A DNA stretch of 63,664 bases, counting the filler, from Octopus bimaculoides (lineage: Eukaryota): NCBI RefSeq assembly GCF_001194135.2. It is 8 parts of 8 records of this genome, joined end to end, with 100 filler letters (N's around TTAATTAATTAA, not from the genome) between each part and the next. Parts side by side here need not be neighbours in the genome. Positions count along the whole stretch, not along the records: positions 47,970 to 53,346 come from NC_068988.1; positions 53,447 to 57,865 come from NW_026379277.1; positions 57,966 to 59,804 come from NC_068984.1; positions 59,905 to 62,054 come from NC_068998.1; positions 62,155 to 63,664 come from NC_068994.1; 3 more parts are not named here. One strand, written 5' to 3'. Position 1 is the stretch's first letter, and every line of letters starts with the position of its first letter. Position numbers and translations under genes: made by a program. Positions 52,833 through 63,664 of this stretch are shown here, in pieces. Below the pieces are notes generated by a model. That model saw only the letters and a list, made by a program, of their open reading frames with translations, ran no database searches and was not told where the DNA came from.

Positions 52833-53346
52833 ATGTTTATTCAATGGAGGGAGTGAGCTAATGTACAGCACATATGTTTGATCACTATAAACAAATCACC
52901 TGCCAATTTCCCCTGTGCCTTTAACCAGGTGTATTTAAGGGGTGTGAATCAGTTTGCTTTGTACTTTCTTGGAAACCCCCAGCATTTTTAGGATTTTCTG
53001 TTGTAACCCAATGCAAGGAGGACAATAGGTACAAACAAAAATTCCTCCCTTGAATTTAATAGATGCATATTTTTCATTGGTTCTCCACCAATGCTCCTAT
53101 TTTCCCTAATATTTGACGAAACATTCATATCTACTGATCAGTCGATCTCTTCATCATGGCATCATTTTTGCTTCCCGTGCATTAGAATAATATCTGACCC
53201 GTTATGGTTACACCAGGTGGCTGTTTTTATTCAAATGCTCCACCAGTATTCTTTATTTCCATGCATGTGTGTATGCTTCTTTCTCTCTCTCATCATCATA
53301 AATCTTATACTTGTTTCCCATGCACTTTTTCAGCTGGATGTACTGG

Positions 53347-53446
53347 NNNNNNNNNNNNNNNNNNNNNNNNNNNNNNNNNNNNNNNNNNNNTTAATTAATT
53401 AANNNNNNNNNNNNNNNNNNNNNNNNNNNNNNNNNNNNNNNNNNNN
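53347..53446. other. Artificial contig linker
   Basis: 44N-TTAATTAATTAA(53391-53402)-44N. Confidence 0.97.
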
Positions 53447-53492
<46 letters not shown>

Positions 53493-54780
53493 TAAGGAGA
53501 GAATGTGAGAGAAAAAATAGAGAGGGAGAGAGTCAGTATGTAATTGCTTAATATTAATTATCTAGCTTTCCAAAGCCTAATGTTACCCTGTCGTTTTTTC
53601 CTTTCTTTAATACGAATGTCAAATTTGACCTAAATATTTATTGCTTCTCTATAAACTCAACGGTTCTCCTGTCCTTTAACAATAGGCTGGTTTCACACTT
53701 CTATACCTACACAGCCTGCATGAAATAATGTATCTACTGGTGTATGTATATATCGATATTTGGCCAACATGTATACTTATCAATACATATTGATTTCTCT
53801 TGAGTTGATGTAATAATAAATATCGTTCATTTAGGCGTATGTAGTCAATTTATTATTTTTAATTACAGATAATTCACGAGGAAGGTTCGAACAGTAAAAT
53901 ATCGAATTACACAGCGTTGCTATTTGCTTACTAATAGCGCCAACATAAACTTGAAGGCCAAACAATGGTATAAACCTACCTCTACGAGGGCACTTATCAT
54001 GCTAGAAGTAACAACCAAATCATGCTTCAGCCATGCTAAAAGAAGCGATTAAATCTTGCGTCAAATCAAAATGTAAAAGCTATTGAGTAATATAGTTGTA
54101 GATAAACTATGGTAAAAGATGATGTGCGACACTCACGTTTTTACGGTATTTGTGTGGTAAGAAATTTGTTTCACAACCACATGGTTCCGGGTTCAGACTC
54201 ACTGCGTGGCACCTTGGGCAAGTGTCTTTTTCTATAGCCTCGGACTGGCCATTGCTTTGTGATTGGATTTGATAGACGGAAACTGAAAGCAGCCCTTCGT
54301 ATATATATATATACATATAAATGCGCCCTTTTAAAGCCTAGCCAGGCTCATGGGCCCGGTTTCCCGGTTTCTATGGCGTATGTGTTCGACAGCTGGACGG
54401 GACTCCAGTTCATCGCAGCGTTACTCATTTTTGCCGGCTGAGTGGNNNNNNNNNNNNNNNNNNNNNNNNNNNNNNNNNNNNNNNNNNNNNNNNNNNNNNN
54501 NNNNNNNNNNNNNNNNNNNNNNNNNNNNNNNNNNNNNNNNNNNNNNNNNNNNNNNNNNNNNNNNNNNNNNNNNNNNNNNNNNNNNNNNNNNNNNNNNNNN
54601 NNNNNNNNNNNNNNNNNNNNNNNTATATATATATATATATCCAAGGCTCCTTCACTGAAATTTCAACATCAACAACAGAGTATTTTTGTATGTATGTATG
54701 TATGTATGTATGTATGTATGCAGATTTGCATGTTTTGTTTTATGCTCATATATATATAAATGATAAACTTCTGGAAAGTT

Positions 54781-55360
54781 TCATAAACTTTTAGTTCCAG
54801 TGATGGATTGGATCTGTAGTCTTTGGATTAGCTTTCTCCTTTCTGGTTTTGAGAAGCCTAATTTCTCAAGGTTGGTGTTTAGGCCGTGTCTTACATATCC
54901 AAGGGCCTCAATAATTGCAGGTGTAAACCTGAACTTGTAATCTGGATAGAGTAACTGCAGATTTCTCAATAGTTCAACGTAGGTGTTCTCTTTTTCACTG
55001 ATCTTCAGCTTTATGCTAACATCCGCTGGGCAGCTAATTTCCACGACTGTACACAGTTTCTTTTCTCTATCCCAAATCATTATATCAGGTCAGATGTGCT
55101 TACAATTTATTGAGGTGTTCACTGATATCTTCGGTGTTAACTCCACAAAGTTTGCATCAGTTGTCACACCTTACTGTTTTTCCTGCACCTCGATCCCTTT
55201 TGTGCATCGGGTATTTGGTTGATATTTCCTGTTCTTGGATTGCAAACGCGTACCCTTCAAAGTGGGAGGTAGTAATCAGGCTATTGGTCTATGATGGATT
55301 GCTTTGATGATCGATGTTACTATCATCACGGAGCTTTCTACTAACATATCCATGCATAGT
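54781..55360 (-). mobile_element. R4/Dong-like non-LTR retrotransposon 3' remnant with restriction-like endonuclease
   Basis: MHG…EGYAFAIQEQEISTKY…C..CKLCG..EDI then PDIMIWDREKKLCTVVEISCPAD…K..EK…ALG; in-frame stops and an internal deletion. Confidence 0.75.
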
Positions 55361-56200
55361 CTTCTACTCATATAGGCTCATCCTTTCATCTAGTATGTAT
55401 GTATGTATGCACACATATGCATGCATTCATGTATACGCACCACAAAAGAGCCCTATGGAAATTGTATTGCTGGTACGGCACTGTTCGAGCGTTGAATTTT
55501 CTGGAATTTTTCTCTCAAGATTCTGCGATCTATCGTTTCGGTCATTTCCTAAAAAGCTAGTTAAAATATTAATAGCCTCCTGTTAGCTATTCCTATCTTC
55601 ATTTAACTCATCATATCCGCTTATCTACTTTACAGACAATCAACATGTTTTCTTTCATTTTATTTATTATCTGTTAAAATAAAGCACCCGACTGGAGAAT
55701 ATGGAAGATAAATTTACAATTTATAACACAATGGGTCCTTACAAAGTTATCACATCAGGTCATATGATCTAGTCTAGTAATTATTAATTATACACTTTCA
55801 AACAGTGTATTACTTATGAACAGTTGCGAACAACACGTTTGTTCCGATAAACTACAGCAGTTAGATATGTTTGCATGATGTTTACAACGATCTCCAGGGC
55901 AGTAAAATTGTAAATTATGCTCTTTTTTTCTTTTGATAATTCTTAGGTGTTTATTAAGATAACTTTTGTTTTGTTTCTCCAAAGCAAACTACCGTTACAT
56001 TTCAGACTCAGATATTTTATACATTTAAATAAATTTTATCTGTCGACAGAATTATTGGGTTAGGCTTAAGTTTATCAGTTCTTGCAATGATTTTGTTTAC
56101 TTATAATTTAACACGTATTGTTTATTGTGTCTGTAAATATTCTTCAGATACGCATTTGGGTCTTAAATTCTCTTTAGCTAAAGTAAAGGTCTCTACTTGT

Positions 56201-56256
<56 letters not shown>

Positions 56257-57865
56257 TTTATCATATCTTATCTATCGACCTTATCTCTCACTCTTTCTAT
56301 CCATCTGTCTATCTGTCTATCATTTTCACAGGAATTTTCAATGGCCAGATAACTGAAGAGATGGCGGCGTGGGTTTCCACCCCGGCATCCGAAACTCGAA
56401 GTTTTACCATGGCTACCGAATAAGTGTCACATATTTTTACAGATATATATATATANNNNNNNNNNNNNNNNNNNNNNNNNNNNNNNNNNNNNNNNNNNNN
56501 NNNNNNNNNNNNNNNNNNNNNNNNNNNNNNNNNNNNNNNNNNNNNNNNNNNNNNNNNNNNNNNNNNNNNNNNNNNNNNNNNNNNNNNNNNNNNNNNNNNN
56601 NNNNNNNNNNNNNNNNNNNNNNNNNNNNNNNNNNNNNNNNNNNNNNNNNNNNNNNNNNNNNNNNNNNNNNNNNNNNNNNNNNNNNNNNNNNNNNNNNNNN
56701 NNNNNNNNNNNNNNNNNNNNNNNNNNNNNNNNNNNNNNNNNNNNNNNNNNNNNNNNNNNNNNNNNNNNNNNNNNNNNNNNNNNNNNNNNNNNNNNNNNNN
56801 NNNNNNNNNNNNNNNNNNNNNNNNNNNNNNNNNNNNNNNNNNNNNNNNNNGAGGACGGATGGAATTAGTTGTGGAATTATTGGGGGGGGGGGCGGAATTA
56901 CTGCTGGAGACAATAGATGTCTGTAGGAAGTAAGATGATAGATGATGGCGGTGGTGGATGATATTGGTCGCCATAGTGTTGATGGTATGTGAGAAAAGTT
57001 AGTTGTGTGTGGTGATGGTGGTGGTGGTTGTCAAGGAGGAAGACATGCTGGTATTTATAAGTGATGGGGGAATCGGCGGTGGTGGTAACAGTGGTGGTGG
57101 TAGTGGTAATGGTGGTGGTGGTGACGATGATGACAAAAGTAGTAGCGGTGGCGGCGACGNNNNNNNNNNGTGGTGGTAGTAGTTGTGGTGGTGGTGGTAG
57201 TAGTTGTGGTGGTGGTGGTGGCCGTGCTGCTGGCAATGACGGTTGTGATAGCAGGGTGGTTGATAAAGCGCTGGTGGTGGTGGTTGAGGTGAACTTGGTT
57301 GTGCTACGTGGATAGGGTGGAGGGGAAACTAACGAAGGGACTGTGGTGGTGGTGGTAGTGGGGGTAAAGATGGTAGTAATTGTGGTGGTGGTATTGACAG
57401 TGGTGATGGTGGTAATGGTGGTGATAGTGGTGGTAGTGGTGGTGTTGGTGATGTAATGGTGGTGGTAGTGGTGATGGTTGCAGAACCGAGTGTGCCAGAG
57501 CTGATGATGTGCCGCATATTGTCGATGACGGCGATGATGTTGATGAAGAAGTTGGCTATAATACTAATTAAAGTGATGCTGAAAGATGTAGCCGTAGAAG
57601 TGGAGATGGTGGTGGTGGCGGTGTTGATGGTGGTGGTGTGGCGGTGGTGATGGTGGTGGTGGACGCTGTAGAGATTGACATTGGTTGTGGAGGAGAGGAG
57701 GCGGTGATGGCGGTGAAAGAGGTGCCTGGATGTGGAGAGAGAGAGAGAGAGGAGGTGGAGGAAATTAATTCCGTCAATCTGATATACCTGAATCGGTGTT
57801 TATTGAAAGCGATGGGATTAGAGCGTATTAGACATGTAGTAGTAGTAGTAGTAGTAGTAGTAGTA

Positions 57866-57965
57866 NNNNNNNNNNNNNNNNNNNNNNNNNNNNNNNNNNN
57901 NNNNNNNNNTTAATTAATTAANNNNNNNNNNNNNNNNNNNNNNNNNNNNNNNNNNNNNNNNNNNN
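57866..57965. other. Artificial contig linker
   Basis: 44N-TTAATTAATTAA(57910-57921)-44N. Confidence 0.97.
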
Positions 57966-57998
<33 letters not shown>

Positions 57999-58139
57999 TA
58001 AATGATTGTAATTCTAAAGTAAGAAGTGGGGACAGATACGGTCTAAGATTTTTCATGGAGATTCATAAGTTTGTAAGGGAATTATCTACGGGGTATTGTG
58101 GTAATATAGTGTGAGGTTATTTATGCATTTAGATTTGTG

Positions 58140-58895
58140 GTAGAATTTGGAAGTGTGAAAAAGCGGTGGTTGCATGTGTTTAGGGCATCATTATGCTTGT
58201 TTGGTAGTGTAGAAGAGTTGTGCTTTAATATGTGGAGTGCCTCCGTCAGGCAAATCTTACAGACTAAACGTTGACTTTGGTAAGGAAGCCCTGAATGTAT
58301 TATGGACAAGGTATAGGGTATATTTGTATTTTGGAGATGATGTATGTGACTGGCGAGTGTTGTACATTTACTATGTTTATCGTATCTAAAAGAATGGAGA
58401 TGAGTGGCATATTGTTGCTTAAAATTATGGTTGATCCTATATATATGACCGTAGAAGTGTGTAATGTGTTAAGAGCAGTGCATTTATAAATTATGTTATA
58501 TCTTCTACAATGGGTTTGTAAAGAACAGATGACCCCAGGACGGCAGTTAGAAGTGGGTGTATTTTGGAGATTGTTTTTAGGAATGGAGGAGGTAATATTA
58601 TCAGAGGAGAGGTTAGGGAAAGTGGAAGAAAAGTCCAAACTATTAGTATTATTAATGTAATTATTACTATTGTTATTATTGTTGTTGCTAATTGTACTAT
58701 TTGTAAGAGTGGTATGGGTTGTAGTATGATGGGTTGGGTTTTGGTTGAGGTCTAATGTAAGGGTTTCCGTGTCGGAGGTGTGCGCATGTTGATTGTTCGT
58801 GTATCTAGAGTTGTAATTATGTGAGTTTTGATTATAGAGAGAAAGCTTTTGTTTATTAGAGGCTACTATGAGAGATTCGATGTTATGTAGGACAA
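58140..58895 (-). mobile_element. Penelope-like element remnant, GIY-YIG endonuclease region (frameshifted)
   Basis: Fragments NCRPGVICSLQTHCRRYNIIYKC…IYIGST / FKQQYATHLHSFR…TTLASHI / CKICLTEALHI…NKHND…CNHR match the PLE GIY-YIG pattern with its Cys motifs. Confidence 0.75.
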
Positions 58896-59672
58896 AATAG
58901 GATAATTCAGAGTCGATCTATTAAAGATAGAATAATATTTATGTTGACGAGGGAATAATTCATTCCACCTCAGTGAGGGTAGTGTCTGGCAAAAGGTGGT
59001 AGTTTAATTAGGTTTTGAATAAATTTGTAGAAATACTGCGTCTTGCTACCACTACAGCAGCCGCTCCTGCTGCTGCAGCTACTACTGCTACTACTGCTCT
59101 ATCACACCACTCTACTCACATATTTCACACTCTTAAATTCCTTACCCACCCATCTCTTCCTCTCTCTCCCCCTAACTTCTCCCTTCCTCCTATCACTTTA
59201 TTCTGGCAACCAGCTAACACACCCTATCTCATTTCGTTCAGTCTCTCTTCGTTTCTTTTTTGGCTCCCCTTTTTGATTCTCTTTTTCCACCCATTCTCTC
59301 TTCCTCTTTTTGATTTCATCCATCTCCTCATCCTAATCATACACATCACTCCTCTTAATCCACTAGCACTACCAACACATTTTAATTCACACCAAAAAAC
59401 AAAAAAAAAACACTCAGTCGACCTACACTGTTTACACGGCTCTATGCTTGAAATGACCAAATATAACCACCATTGGAACTTACACACCAGTACCAAGAAG
59501 ATTTCTTCAGTCAAACAATTTTTCACCATTTATATACACCATTGTACTTGAATAATGGATTTGCAAATACAATATCCTTATGTATCTCACTTCTATATTC
59601 ATTCTCCTCGTACTTCCCTCTGTAATTCATGTGTTCTCTGCAATAATTAATACTCAAGCATTTTCTCGCACC

Positions 59673-59720
59673 GTCTCTGATGAAGGGATATATAAAATAT
59701 CCCGGAAACAGCTGTAAGAC
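59673..59720 (+). ncRNA. Penelope-type minimal hammerhead ribozyme (GUA site, predicted cut 59716/59717)
   Basis: GTCT-CTGATGA-A-GGGATAT(ATAAA)ATATCCC-G-GAAA-CAGCTG-TA-AGAC: helix I GTCT/AGAC, 7-bp helix II, palindromic helix III ACAGCTGT. Confidence 0.78.
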
Positions 59721-59804
59721 CTTTTCTTGATAAATGTTGATAAATCTGTTTACTGCCTTGGTTTTTCTTATCTCATTCTGTCAATTTATATATATATATA
59801 TATA

Positions 59805-59904
59805 NNNNNNNNNNNNNNNNNNNNNNNNNNNNNNNNNNNNNNNNNNNNTTAATTAATTAANNNNNNNNNNNNNNNNNNNNNNNNNNNNNNNNNNNNNNNN
59901 NNNN
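59805..59904. other. Artificial contig linker
   Basis: 44N-TTAATTAATTAA(59849-59860)-44N. Confidence 0.97.
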
Positions 59905-62040
59905 TATCTTTCCTTCCGTTAAGACAAGATGTGATTTGAGGCAGATTTAGCTACTGTTTCTAGCAAACCGGATGATCATGGAAACCTCCCGTCCCCTCAT
60001 CAATTTGTTGTCGTGGAGAAGTCATCGGGTTCACAAGTAGCAACAATAAGAGTGGATCTCTTTAGTGTAACACATCAAGTTGAACTTTGACCTCTGGACC
60101 TTCTCTCAAAGACGCTGTCACCATTAATGACCTCTCTCCTCCTCCTCATCCCTCTTCGTATTCCTCTTTCTCTTCTTCACTCCCACTGTTTACCCCGCCC
60201 TTCTCTTCCTACTCGCTCATTACCCCCCCCCCTCTCTATATATATGGATCAAAACAGTTGATTCAAATTCGTTGGTACTCTTGAGTTTCAAGCGTGATGC
60301 CAGTCGTCAACCATTTTGAATTTGAATGACAGAAGTTGATTGTTATTACAGTAAGGTGGGCTGTGATTGGTCGAGNNNNNNNNNNNNNNNNNNNNNNNNN
60401 NNNNNNNNNNNNNNNNNNNNNNNNNNNNNNNNNNNNNNNNNNNNNNNNNNNNNNNNNNNNNNNNNNNNNNNNNNNNNNNNNNNNNNNNNNNNNNNNNNNN
60501 NNNNNNNNNNNNNNNNNNNNNNNNNNNNNNNNNNNNNNNNNNNNNNNNNNNNNNNNNNNNNNNNNNNNNNNNNNNNNNNNNNNNNNNNNNNNNNNNNNNN
60601 NNNNNNNNNNNNNNNNNNNNNNNNNNNNNNNNNNNNNNNNNNNNNNNNNNNNNNNNNNNNNNNNNNNNNNNNNNNNNNNNNNNNNNNNNNNNNNNNNNNN
60701 NNNNNNNNNNNNNNNNNNNNNNNNNNNNNNNNNNNNNNNNNNNNNNNNNNNNNNNNNNNNNNNNNNNNNNNNNNNNNNNNNNNNNNNNNNNNNNNNNNNN
60801 NNNNNNNNNNNNNNNNNNNNNNNNNNNNNNNNNNNNNNNNNNNNNNNNNNNNNNNNNNNNNNNNNNNNNNNNNNNNNNNNNNNNNNNNNNNNNNNNNNNN
60901 NNNNNNNNNNNNNNNNNNNNNNNNNNNNNNNNNNNNNNNNNNNNNNNNNNNNNNNNNNNNNNNNNNNNNNNNNNNNNNNNNNNNNNNNNNNNNNNNNNNN
61001 NNNNNNNNNNNNNNNNNNNNNNNNNNNNNNNNNNNNNNNNNNNNNNNNNNNNNNNNNNNNNNNNNNNNNNNNNNNNNNNNNNNNNNNNNNNNNNNNNNNN
61101 NNNNNNNNNNNNNNNNNNNNNNNNNNNNNNNNNNNNNNNNNNNNNNNNNNNNNNNNNNNNNNNNNNNNNNNNNNNNNNNNNNNNNNNNNNNNNNNNNNNN
61201 NNNNNNNNNNNNNNNNNNNNNNCTCTCTCTCTCATTCCCTCTCTCTCTCATTCCCTCTCTCTCTCTCCCTCTGTCCCCCTCTCTCTCTCACTCCCTCTCC
61301 CTCTCTCCCCCTCTCTCCCCCTCTCTCTCTCTATATATATGGATCAAAACAGTTGATTCAAATTCGTTGGTACTCTTGAGTTTCAAGCGTGATGCCAGTC
61401 GTCAACCATTTTGAATTTGAATGACAGAAGTTGATTGTTATTACAGTAAGGTGGGCTGTGATTGGTCGAGGAAGGTCACGCGGTATCGTGGCTTGATGTT
61501 GGAAAATGCCACATGGAGAACAGGAAATTTACAACATGGAGAACAGGAACTAGACTACGTGGCGGATAGAAAATCGGTCAGGTTGTTGGGGGTGGGGAAG
61601 TATATTGTTCTATACGTGCGTGAGAAGACTTGCTCATTTATGGCTTGGCGTGCAAAATCACACACACACACGAACGCGCGCACGCGCGAACTTACACACA
61701 CTCACATGCACATATTGGTGTGAAGTCGTATTCAACACGTTCGAGTGCACTCAGACGAACTGTGAGTCCCGGGAGAGATTACTCTTCTTCGATACACAAG
61801 AGTGACTGCGAATGACGTTTCGCATGCGTTTCTGTGTCACCTGAATCCGTCAGCTACGAAAACCCACAGCGATCACTTGAGATTACTCACACGTGTTGAC
61901 ACTCTTCACGGATATAGGCCATTCAATACTGCTTAGCGTGACGTCACACACACATACATACGTACACACATACACACACATATATATATATGTATGTATA
62001 TCTATCTACCTATCTATCTATCTATCTTGCCCAGCTCTTC

Positions 62041-62054
62041 AGATCGGAAGAGCG
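62041..62054 (+). other. Illumina adapter remnant
   Basis: AGATCGGAAGAGCG at the very end of a contig, preceded by GCTCTTC. Confidence 0.9.
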
Positions 62055-62154
62055 NNNNNNNNNNNNNNNNNNNNNNNNNNNNNNNNNNNNNNNNNNNNTT
62101 AATTAATTAANNNNNNNNNNNNNNNNNNNNNNNNNNNNNNNNNNNNNNNNNNNN
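62055..62154. other. Artificial contig linker
   Basis: 44N-TTAATTAATTAA(62099-62110)-44N. Confidence 0.97.
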
Positions 62155-62410
62155 GCCAAAAACGGTGATTTAGCTGCTATTTCTAGCAGAAATTTTGCCA
62201 TATAGGATTTTGCCAAAAGCAGAAATTTCCCCAAATATTTTGCCAAAAACGGTGTTTTAGCTGCTATTTCTAGCAGAAATTTCGCCAAATATGATTTTGC
62301 CAAAAGCAGAAATTTCTGTAAATATGATTTTGCCAAAAACGGTGATTTAGCTGCTATTTCTAGCAGAAATTTCCCCAAATATGATTTTGCCAAATGCAGA
62401 AATTTCCCAT
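62155..62410. repeat. Higher-order tandem repeat (about 87-90 bp, 3 copies, two subunits)
   Basis: GCCAAAAACGGTG(A/T)TTTAGCTGCTATTTCTAGCAGAAATTT alternating with GCCAAA(A/T)GCAGAAATTTC. Confidence 0.85.
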
Positions 62411-62777
62411 TTAACGCTAAAATTAATACCATTATCTTTTAATGTCGTACTATTTGCCTTATGTCTTGGTCTTAAAGAAGACTTATGGTTATATACTCTG
62501 TTTCACATTAATACTACATCCTATGTAAATATAATTATATATCTAGGTTCAATCTGTGTGTGTTTAAGGGTTCTTTTTATCTGTTTTGTCTCCTCTGTGT
62601 GTGGCGCGGGAGTGGACTTGCCTCGTTCTCTGGTTTGGCCAGCCAACAGCTCCCGGTAACCGTCAGTAATTGATGTTTGTTTCAGATTCCATTAAAACAG
62701 AAATCCCAAAACAGACCACATCATGTATAAACACGAAACGACCAGTTCATAGTTAGTAAATATTCTTTTCTACTCTA

Positions 62778-63181
62778 GGTACAAGGCTCGAAATTTTGGG
62801 GGAGTGGCCAGACGAATAGATCGACCCCAGTACGCAACTAGTACTTAATTTATCAATCCCGAAAGGATGAAAGGCAAAGTCGACCTCGGCGGAATTTGAA
62901 CTCAGAACGTAAAGACAGACGAATTATAGCTAAGCATTTCGCCCGGCGTGCTAACGTTTCTTATTTCTTTACTGCCCAGAAGGGGCTACACATAGAGGGG
63001 ACAAACAAGAACTGACAAACGGATTAAATCGATTATATCGACCCCAGTGTGTAACTGGTACTTATTTAATCGACTTCGAAAAGATGAAAGCCAAAGTCGA
63101 CCACGGCGGAATTTGAACTCAGAACGTGGCGGCAGACGAAATACCACTAAGCCTTTCGCCCGGCGTGCTAACGTTTCTGCC
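62778..63181 (-). mobile_element. Two abutting family 1 SINE copies (62778-62960, 62961-63181)
   Basis: Two consecutive GAATTTGAACTCAGAACGT…GCCCGGCGTGCTAACGTTTC blocks. Confidence 0.85.
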
Positions 63182-63664
63182 ATACCCCATTCAAAGCACT
63201 GATTCAAATATACTTACAGCTGTTATTGTTACATATATACAGTGTTACCATGGCTACAACAGCTCTATACAATATCCTCCATTTATACATCTCTAGTTGT
63301 TGATGAAGAAGTATCCACATTAGGGAGTTCTTAACACCTAAAAAGGAACTACACTGCCTAACCCCCGCTACTGATGGAACAGTCTTCTTTTCATAAGAAG
63401 GAAATAGACGGTCCCCTCCCATTTCTGACAAAACAACTGAATCCATTGACAGTTCTCTCTTTGTACGGTTACTGGTGGGGGGGGGTGCAGGGAGTTTGCT
63501 TTGTGGTTACTATGGTGACAACTATGGAAATATACCAATTTTAATTGTCCCTTTGTTAAAGGATTTTCAAACATACGTATGGAGACAGTGGTTTGGGGTT
63601 CGATCTTAGTACACGGTATTTCGGACAAAGCGATTTTATTTTTCACAACCTTCTGGTTAACCAA

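Noticed and set aside
52565-52871. Cys/Val/Tyr or His/Thr repeat proteins on both strands
   Set aside because: These are translations of the 22-bp minisatellite; the unit is not a multiple of three.
188-61414. Long ORFs in the track made mostly of X
   Set aside because: They are open only because they cross N gaps.
61800-61862. CTGACGG…GAAACGTC on the minus strand in a CpG-rich patch
   Set aside because: A9 of the core is missing and there is no helix I or II pairing; a promoter call for the patch is also unsupported.
62103-62432. 109-aa ORF with LAKSY/LLEIAAK repeats
   Set aside because: Translation of a satellite running into a linker; no splice or homology support.
62600-63330. Possible small exons (GLASFSGLASQQLP; DSIKTEIPKQTTS; 63255-63330)
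   Set aside because: No consistent splice chain (the implied intron is about 30 nt) and no recognisable family.

Overview
AT-rich animal genomic DNA with many microsatellites and gaps. The interspersed repeats resemble octopus/coleoid cephalopod SINEs (inference). The window is not one locus. Seven identical 100-bp linkers (44 N + TTAATTAATTAA + 44 N) join eight segments: 1-27524, 27625-44401, 44502-47869, 47970-53346, 53447-57865, 57966-59804, 59905-62054 and 62155-63664. One join carries Illumina adapter sequence. Three gene fragments were reconstructed by hand from splice sites and phases, each on its own segment. (1) Nine consecutive in-frame minus-strand exons (1128 nt, 376 codons) of a thrombospondin, covering type 3 repeats and part of the C-terminal domain, with one GC-AG intron and a KGD motif. 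(2) One plus-strand exon of CMIP. (3) Four plus-strand exons of an LRP/megalin-like receptor (EGF, cbEGF, YWTD propeller). The rest is SINEs, RTE, R4/Dong-like and Penelope-like remnants, a mariner remnant and tandem repeats. The most interesting signal is a small element with a tRNA-like Pol III head and a minimal Penelope-type hammerhead ribozyme near its 3' end. It occurs as a head-to-head inverted dimer (42924-43462) and as a monomer retaining the central hairpin (32952-33233), both in thrombospondin introns. A cleaner hammerhead lies inverted next to a Penelope GIY-YIG remnant (59673-59720). All family assignments are by eye; no searches were run.
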